DNA of 62,192 nt, filler included, from an uncultured Planctomycetales bacterium (GTDB taxonomy: Bacteria; Omnitrophota; Gorgyraeia; Gygaellales; Profunditerraquicolaceae), in NCBI GenBank assembly GCA_964487475.1. It is 4 parts of 4 records of this genome, joined end to end, with 100 filler letters (N's around TTAATTAATTAA, not from the genome) between each part and the next. Parts side by side here need not be neighbours in the genome. Positions count along the whole stretch, not along the records: positions 49,568 to 62,192 come from CAZAPM010000025.1; 3 more parts are not named here. One strand, 5' to 3'. Shown one piece after another: positions 57,287 through 62,192 of this stretch. Below the pieces are notes generated by a model. That model had not been told where the DNA came from. It saw nothing but the letters and a program-made list of their open reading frames with translations, and made no database searches. Made by a program: the position numbers and the translations under genes. The number at the start of each line of letters is the position of its first letter. Position 1 is the first letter of the stretch.

Positions 57287-57318
57287 GCTGCTCTCCCAAG
57301 GAGCAGCCGTTTTGTTTT
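57287..57318 (+). terminator. Terminator/attenuator-like hairpin in the leader
   Basis: GCTGCTC-TCCCAAG-GAGCAGC-C-GTTTTGTTTT. Confidence 0.55.
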
Positions 57319-57377
57319 AGGGACGCCTCCGCAGAAAGCGGAGCACCGGCCACCTCCAATAAGGCCGGGTGCCCGGG

Positions 57378-57403
57378 GGGACGCCCCTGCGGGGGACACC
57401 CCT
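57378..57403 (+). repeat. GGGAC element copy 1 (26 bp), exact inverse of 59140-59165
   Basis: GGGACGCCCCTGCGGGGGACACCCCT. Confidence 0.9.
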
Positions 57404-57457
57404 GTGAGCAAAAACCCCAAGGCCGTTTATTTTAACCGAGCGAAGCAGGAGGGGAGT

Positions 57458-58177
57458 ATGAGATGTGCGCGTTTTATCCTTGGCATCGGATTATTGTTGA
57501 GCATTTGCTTCTCTCCTGCGGTCTCATTTGCTGCGGATGATATCACCGATCTGTGGGATGTGCATAAGGGAAGCGTTGTCACCGGGCTGATGAATTGGGG
57601 GGTCAATCCCGGATCGAATATAGATAACATGTTCGGGGCGTCTGAAGGAACACTTGAGCCGTCCGCCGGGAGTTATCGTACTGTTTTTTATGACCATCCT
57701 TTCGGTCCTGGGATAAACTGGTGGGTGGAATGGAAAACCCCGGCGGCTGTGGACCTGGGGCGTTTTACACTTGAAATGGCACATGATCCGTACAATAGCG
57801 CGTACGATACGGCATACTGGGGCAGCAACGGATATTTGCGCGCGGTGAGCGATTTCTACCTGTACGCAAAGGTTAACGCTGCTGACGAGTGGGGGGACCC
57901 GGTTTTCAAACTGGAAGATATCTCCTATCCGTATAGCCAGACCGCGCCTACCAATGTGCTTAATTTAAATAACGTTTTCGCCAGTCCGGTTAAGGGGGAA
58001 TATTTCCGTGCCGAGTTCATCCAGGGCAGTACGACGTTCTCCCCGCGGATCATCGAGCTCAACGGTTACGGGGTCGCTCCCGAGCCCATCAGCTCGACGC
58101 TTTTCCTGCTCGGGGCAGGGGCGCTGGCTGCCAGGCGGATCAAAAAAAGCAATAACCGTGGAGGGGGTCATGCGTAA
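57458..58177 (+). CDS. PEP-CTERM protein 1
   Basis: AGGAGG RBS; signal peptide ending SFA; VAPEP-ISSTLFLLGAGALAA-RRIKK. Confidence 0.88.
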   Translation: MRCARFILGIGLLLSICFSPAVSFAADDITDLWDVHKGSVVTGLMNWGVNPGSNIDNMFGASEGTLEPSAGSYRTVFYDHPFGPGINWWVEWKTPAAVDLGRFTLEMAHDPYNSAYDTAYWGSNGYLRAVSDFYLYAKVNAADEWGDPVFKLEDISYPYSQTAPTNVLNLNNVFASPVKGEYFRAEFIQGSTTFSPRIIELNGYGVAPEPISSTLFLLGAGALAARRIKKSNNRGGGHA

Positions 58178-59000
58178 ACCGATCTGTGTTTTTTTGTTCC
58201 TGATGATCATGGTCCCCTCTTTGGCGTGTGCCAAGGTTTCGGGCGAAGGCTCCCTGTCTTTTGATTTTTCCGGATTTCCCTCTGTCCCCGCGCCGGAGTT
58301 CTATCAAGGATCAAGTATGTACTACGGGCAGATACTGTATTACGATACTGCCGATGTTTTTGCTCCGAAGACGTATCCGTGGGATTCGCAGGGGTACGTT
58401 GCCATGACCTCTCCGGGGTATAGTGATCCCGGCACTTCTGATGGTTCTTCGCATGTCTCCGGCCAGTGGAACCACGCGACAGGGGCATTCAACTTCTCTT
58501 ATGCCGCAGTTGATAACCATCCCGGGTCGGTTGCAACCCAGGTCCGGGGGTTGCACTCGAACTCCTTCAGGTTCCGGGACTTTACGGAGTTGCCCGCATT
58601 TTCCTACAGCTATAGTTTTTCCAGCAATAAGGATGCGGTAAACGAATCCTTTGCGCATATAATCCAGATGGAGGTAGGATACGTCAACGATTCCGGAGCC
58701 AGTGTGGCGCTTTATTCGGATTACAGCAGTAGCGCTCCCGAGTTTCGCACAAAATGGGTAAAAAGCGATTCTTTTGCCGGCCAGGATATCATGAATATCA
58801 CCGAATCGGGGACATATTCATTCGGAGGGTATCAGTTCGACGGACAGAAGCGTACCTGGTATATTTCCTATGATTTCGGAATGCGGGGGAATTCCCCGGT
58901 AACGGTAGATGTGGTCCCCGAGCCCGTCAGCTCGACGCTTTTTCTGCTCGGAGCCGGCGCCTTCCTTCTTCGGGGACGCTCCAAAAAGGGACGCTCCTAA
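58170..59000 (+). CDS. PEP-CTERM protein 2
   Basis: Signal peptide; VVPEP-VSSTLFLLGAGAFLL-RGRSKKGRS. Confidence 0.88.
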   Translation: MRKPICVFLFLMIMVPSLACAKVSGEGSLSFDFSGFPSVPAPEFYQGSSMYYGQILYYDTADVFAPKTYPWDSQGYVAMTSPGYSDPGTSDGSSHVSGQWNHATGAFNFSYAAVDNHPGSVATQVRGLHSNSFRFRDFTELPAFSYSYSFSSNKDAVNESFAHIIQMEVGYVNDSGASVALYSDYSSSAPEFRTKWVKSDSFAGQDIMNITESGTYSFGGYQFDGQKRTWYISYDFGMRGNSPVTVDVVPEPVSSTLFLLGAGAFLLRGRSKKGRS

Positions 59001-59028
59001 CAGGGACGCCCACAAAGGGGACACCCCT
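58972..59028 (+). repeat. GGGAC micro-array copy 2 (4 units, 15-bp period)
   Basis: gGGGACGCTCC-aaaaa-GGGACGCTCC-taaca-GGGACGCCCA-caaag-GGGACACCCC-t. Confidence 0.9.
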
Positions 59029-59035
59029 CTCGCAT

Positions 59036-59091
59036 AAACAAAACAGGCTACTCGCTATTGCCGGAGAACCTTCGGGCAAGAGGAGTAGCCT
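59036..59091 (-). terminator. Terminator between the convergent PEP-CTERM units
   Basis: Minus strand AGGCTACTC...GAGTAGCCT-GTTTTGTTT with an inner TTGCC/GGCAA stem. Confidence 0.7.
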
Positions 59092-59139
59092 AATTAATTT
59101 AAAGACAAATATAAACTTCTATTGAGTTAAATCGGAGCA

Positions 59140-59196
59140 AGGGGTGTCCCCCGCAGGGGCGTCCCTGTTAGGAGCGTCCCCGGCGGGAGCGTCCCC
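59140..59196 (-). repeat. GGGAC micro-array copy 3 (4 units, 15-bp period)
   Basis: Minus strand gGGGACGCTCC-cgccg-GGGACGCTCC-taaca-GGGACGCCCC-tgcgg-GGGACACCCC-t. Confidence 0.9.
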
Positions 59197-59665
59197 AGAG
59201 CGCAGATGCGCCGAGGAGGAACAACGAGGCGCTGAGAGGTTCGGGAACTACGTTGGGCGTCCCGCCGCCATCTTCCTGAATGAGGATCGTATTCTGCGTC
59301 ACCGAACCGCCCGAAGGCAGGCTTACTCCCCCGGATCCCACAGGTCCGGGCTCCCCGAAATAAGGCCGCAAAGGAGGAGGCTCAGGAAAATTTCCGCCCC
59401 CACCTGTTCCTCCGTTGAAAAATCCGGAAAGCTGAGGCCTCAATCCTCCGCCACCGCCTCCCGCACCCGCACCGCCACCGCCGCCCGTTCCTCTGCCGGC
59501 GTTCGATGCCAGCAGTATCCCGGATCCCAGCGTCATAAGCAGGGCGAAAACGGTCATAAAAGACCAAAGTACTTTTGGCCCGATCGTGCGGGGAAAAAGG
59601 GAATCCCACGATCTGCGTAAGGTCAGGGAATTCGATATCTCTTTAAGCCACTGCCAACGATCCAT
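59168..59665 (-). CDS. Gly/Pro-rich PEP-CTERM protein 3
   Basis: N-terminal hydrophobic segment; low-complexity body; VVPEP-LSASLFLLGASALW-GRSRRGRS. Confidence 0.8.
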   Translation of the reverse strand: MDRWQWLKEISNSLTLRRSWDSLFPRTIGPKVLWSFMTVFALLMTLGSGILLASNAGRGTGGGGGAGAGGGGGGLRPQLSGFFNGGTGGGGNFPEPPPLRPYFGEPGPVGSGGVSLPSGGSVTQNTILIQEDGGGTPNVVPEPLSASLFLLGASALWGRSRRGRS

Positions 59666-60222
59666 TATTTCTTTCTGCGGGTATACCTGACCGCTCCCAG
59701 CACGCCGGAGCCAAGAAGGAATAAAGATGCGCTGATAGGTTCAGGCACCACGGCGCTGGCCGCAGCGCTCCACGTACCTTCGGTGATCTCCGCGCCCGAC
59801 CACTTCAAGCCGTCATATTTAAAATTCTGCCCCATGACGAAATTCCCGCCCTTGAACACGGCGTAATAGAAATCCGTTCCGGTGGGTTTAAAGGCACTCT
59901 CGAAATTAACCGCGAATTTAGCGTAATCCTTAAGAGTAGCGCTGTTTGCAGACGCATAGATCGGGGAGTAGTTCGAGATCGTCCAGTCCGCATCCGCCCC
60001 TCCGCCCAGCTTGGTGAACTCTGCCAAGGGGGTAGAGGTGAATTTCGCCTTATCCTGCCAGAGTATGGCGATCTGATCGAACTGCCCGATAGGGGCTCCG
60101 CCGTACTCTTCAGTGCTCGACTGGGAGAAATACTGCTTCCAGTATGAATCGGCGAACGCCGCATTCGACCAGGCGCACACCACTGCCAAGCCTATAAGCA
60201 CACTTAACAATGCCTTTTTCAT
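59665..60222 (-). CDS. PEP-CTERM protein 4
   Basis: Signal peptide ending AFA; VVPEP-ISASLFLLGSGVLGAV-RYTRRKK. Confidence 0.9.
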   Translation of the reverse strand: MKKALLSVLIGLAVVCAWSNAAFADSYWKQYFSQSSTEEYGGAPIGQFDQIAILWQDKAKFTSTPLAEFTKLGGGADADWTISNYSPIYASANSATLKDYAKFAVNFESAFKPTGTDFYYAVFKGGNFVMGQNFKYDGLKWSGAEITEGTWSAAASAVVPEPISASLFLLGSGVLGAVRYTRRKK

Positions 60223-60243
60223 GAGAGGCTCCTTGTAAAAGAC

Positions 60244-60438
60244 TTACTGCTTCTTTTTCTTGTTCAAATATGCTTTTAAACCAAGCGTCGCCCCGCCCAT
60301 GAGGAAGAGGGACATGCTCAAAGGCTCGGGAACCAGCACCGGATCGCCTTCAGGCACCGCGGCGAATGCAGCAGCAGCACACGCAACCACGCTGGCGGCA
60401 GCAATCAGTACCGCAATGGACATCGTTTTTTTGTTCAT
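60244..60438 (-). CDS. Minimal PEP-CTERM protein 5 (64 aa)
   Basis: AAAGGGG RBS; signal peptide ending AFA; AVPEGDPVL; VPEP-LSMSLFLMGGATLGL-KAYLNKKKKQ. Confidence 0.85.
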   Translation of the reverse strand: MNKKTMSIAVLIAAASVVACAAAAFAAVPEGDPVLVPEPLSMSLFLMGGATLGLKAYLNKKKKQ

Positions 60439-60473
60439 AGTAACCCCTTTCTTTTAGAGACAACAATATATTA

Positions 60474-60501
60474 ATTATACCTATATATACAAATAAATCA
60501 A
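60474..60501 (-). promoter_or_regulatory. sigma70 promoter of the right PEP-CTERM unit
   Basis: Minus strand TTGATT-16 bp-TATAAT; shares TATATAGGTATAAT with the left promoter. Confidence 0.7.
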
Positions 60502-60534
60502 GCTAAAATTAGTTATTTTAACGGGTTTTGCGCC

Positions 60535-60570
60535 AAAAAAAACGGCCGGGGAGCGGGAGTTCCCCGGCCG
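60535..60570 (-). terminator. Intrinsic terminator of the S8 protease gene
   Basis: CGGCCGGGGA / TCCCCGGCCG stem followed by T8 on the minus strand. Confidence 0.85.
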
Positions 60571-60603
60571 CACATCGCAGGCCCATGGCAGAGAAGGCCT
60601 GCG

Positions 60604-62192
60604 TTACTGTACTTTGACAGTCACCTGGTTGGAATACTCCGAGGTTTTGCCTGTGGTGGCATTGAAAGCCTGCACCCGGTAGTTATAGGAGCTGGCTATG
60701 GTGAACTTTTCAGAGAAGGATACGGCATTCGGCCCAAGTGTGGCAACCCGCATAAACGTTCCGCTGCGGGTCTTCGGGGCCCGTTCCACATAAAATCCTT
60801 CTTCATTGTTCGATTTATCGCTCCAGCGCAGGGTCACCGTCAGGTTGCTGTTTCTGGCCGCAAGACTGGCCGGGGCAGCGATGATGGTCGGATCAGGGGT
60901 GATGGTGATCGTCTTCTGCGTGGAAGAGGATTCCCCGAAGTTGTCCGTGACGGTCAGGGTGACGGTATAGGAGCCTTGCGTCAGATAGGAATGGGTCACG
61001 CTCGCTCCGGTACCGGTCTTCCCGTCCCCGAAGTTCCACAGGTATGAGACGACCGATCCGTCATTGTCGTACGAAAGGGACCCGTCCAGTTGGATTTCGG
61101 CAGGGGCGGCGGCCACTTCGGGCGCCGCGGTCAGAAGCGCCACCGGTGGAGTATTGCCCCGGTATAGGAGGGCACTCTCCACCGCCGCGGCCGCATTTAT
61201 GCGTCCCTTACCGAAAAGCTTATCTTCACCCGCAGTCCCCAGGTCAATGCCGGTGGAAAAGATGAAAGTTTCCACCTCGGCCGGGGTAAAGGAGGGGTTC
61301 AACGAGAAAATCAGCGCAGCTAACCCTGCGGCGATCGGAGAGGAGAACGAGGTCCCGCTCACCGAACCGTAGGTCGCGCCGGTACGCGTGGTATAGATCG
61401 AGGCTCCGGGAGAGGTGATGTCCACCGCCGTCCCGAAATTCGACCAGCTGGCTTTGGCATCCGCGCTGTCCGTTGCCCCTACCAGCACAAAGGAGGTAAA
61501 ATCAGGATATGCGACCTCAACGCCGTCATTTCCCGCGCTGGCAAAGACCAGGGCACCTTTGTTCCTGGCGTACTGCGCCGCAGAATCTATGGCGTAACTT
61601 CCGCCCACTCCGTAGCTGATGTTGATCACCCGCGCCCCGTGGTCGGCAGCGTAATACACCGCCTCCGCGATATCCGAAAAATAGGCGTATCCGTCGCTGG
61701 TGTTGCTCACGCGGATCGGGAGTATCTTGACCGACCAGGCCATCCCCGCGACGCCCTGTCCGTTGTTCCCGGCAGCGGCCATGCATCCGGCCACGGCAGT
61801 GCCGTGGTAGTGCACGGGGGTGGAGTTGGTGGTCCCGTCAACGGTGTTGTACCCGGGGAGTATGACGTTGCCGTTCAAGTCAGGATGGGTGGCTTCGACC
61901 CCTGTGTCGCATACGGCGACCGTCACCCTGGAATCACCCGTAGTCCTGTCCCATGCTCCGGCGGTGTTGATCTTGGAGTGGAACCATTGGGAATCGTATC
62001 CAGGGTCATTGGGGACCAGCTGCGGAGCTACCAAGTAATCCGGTTCGGCGTACGCGACGCCTCCGCTGGCCTTGAGCTCACGGCATATCTGCTCCTCGTC
62101 TTTTCCGCGCATATTATCCAAACGGTCCATCCGTAGATCCATGGTGCCTATGCTGCGCGCATGCCTGCCGGCATATGCGGAAAGGATCACCT
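60604..62192 (-). CDS. S8 (subtilisin/thermitase-like) serine protease with PKD and FN3-like domains, 5' partial
   Basis: VCDTG, HGTAVAG, SAGN, GTSFSSP; WNFGDG (PKD); WSDKSNNEEGF..YRVQAFN (FN3-like). Confidence 0.93.
   Translation of the reverse strand, partial: VILSAYAGRHARSIGTMDLRMDRLDNMRGKDEEQICRELKASGGVAYAEPDYLVAPQLVPNDPGYDSQWFHSKINTAGAWDRTTGDSRVTVAVCDTGVEATHPDLNGNVILPGYNTVDGTTNSTPVHYHGTAVAGCMAAAGNNGQGVAGMAWSVKILPIRVSNTSDGYAYFSDIAEAVYYAADHGARVINISYGVGGSYAIDSAAQYARNKGALVFASAGNDGVEVAYPDFTSFVLVGATDSADAKASWSNFGTAVDITSPGASIYTTRTGATYGSVSGTSFSSPIAAGLAALIFSLNPSFTPAEVETFIFSTGIDLGTAGEDKLFGKGRINAAAAVESALLYRGNTPPVALLTAAPEVAAAPAEIQLDGSLSYDNDGSVVSYLWNFGDGKTGTGASVTHSYLTQGSYTVTLTVTDNFGESSSTQKTITITPDPTIIAAPASLAARNSNLTVTLRWSDKSNNEEGFYVERAPKTRSGTFMRVATLGPNAVSFSEKFTIASSYNYRVQAFNATTGKTSEYSNQVTVKVQ

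Noticed and set aside
56571..59196. The 43-bp duplication or the GGGAC arrays as CRISPR
   Set aside because: The first has no spacer; the second has 10-bp units with 5-bp spacers; no cas genes in the window

Overview
About 62 kb of high-GC bacterial sequence made of four contigs joined by artificial 100-nt linkers (N44-TTAATTAATTAA-N44 at 13801-13900, 26187-26286 and 49468-49567), so gene order across the linkers means nothing. Gene content and style suggest a PVC-group lineage, possibly Ca. Omnitrophota (inference only). Contig 1 (1-13800): AEC transporter, smpB, tmRNA, an amidase-murI-queDCEF-fumarase(alpha/beta)-rph-rdgB operon, tRNA-Pro/Arg/His and accessory genes. Contig 2 (13901-26186): iorAB-paaK, a polyphosphate cluster (ppx-like, ppk1, CHAD, metallophosphoesterase) and a convergent pstB-pstB-phoU-ROK block. 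Contig 3 (26287-49467): arsC, two cold-shock/RNA-chaperone cassettes, PAS and HisKA_2 signalling genes, a B12 radical SAM enzyme, a CE4+GHL10 lipoprotein, znuACB, hldD and mscL. Contig 4 (49568-62192): the C-terminal part of a large repeat protein, SGNH, TPR and PilZ genes, five PEP-CTERM genes in two convergent units, and an S8 protease. Main leads: (1) two PEP-CTERM genes bounded by perfect 26-bp inverted repeats that belong to a 15-bp-period GGGAC micro-array, which also encodes the C-terminal tails of two PEP-CTERM genes; (2) a conserved, covarying attenuator-like leader ahead of both cold-shock genes; (3) a PstB pair with complementary motif loss that predicts one active ATP site; (4) a PEP-CTERM protein with only about 10 residues of cargo; (5) a long tmRNA tag ending FGFN.
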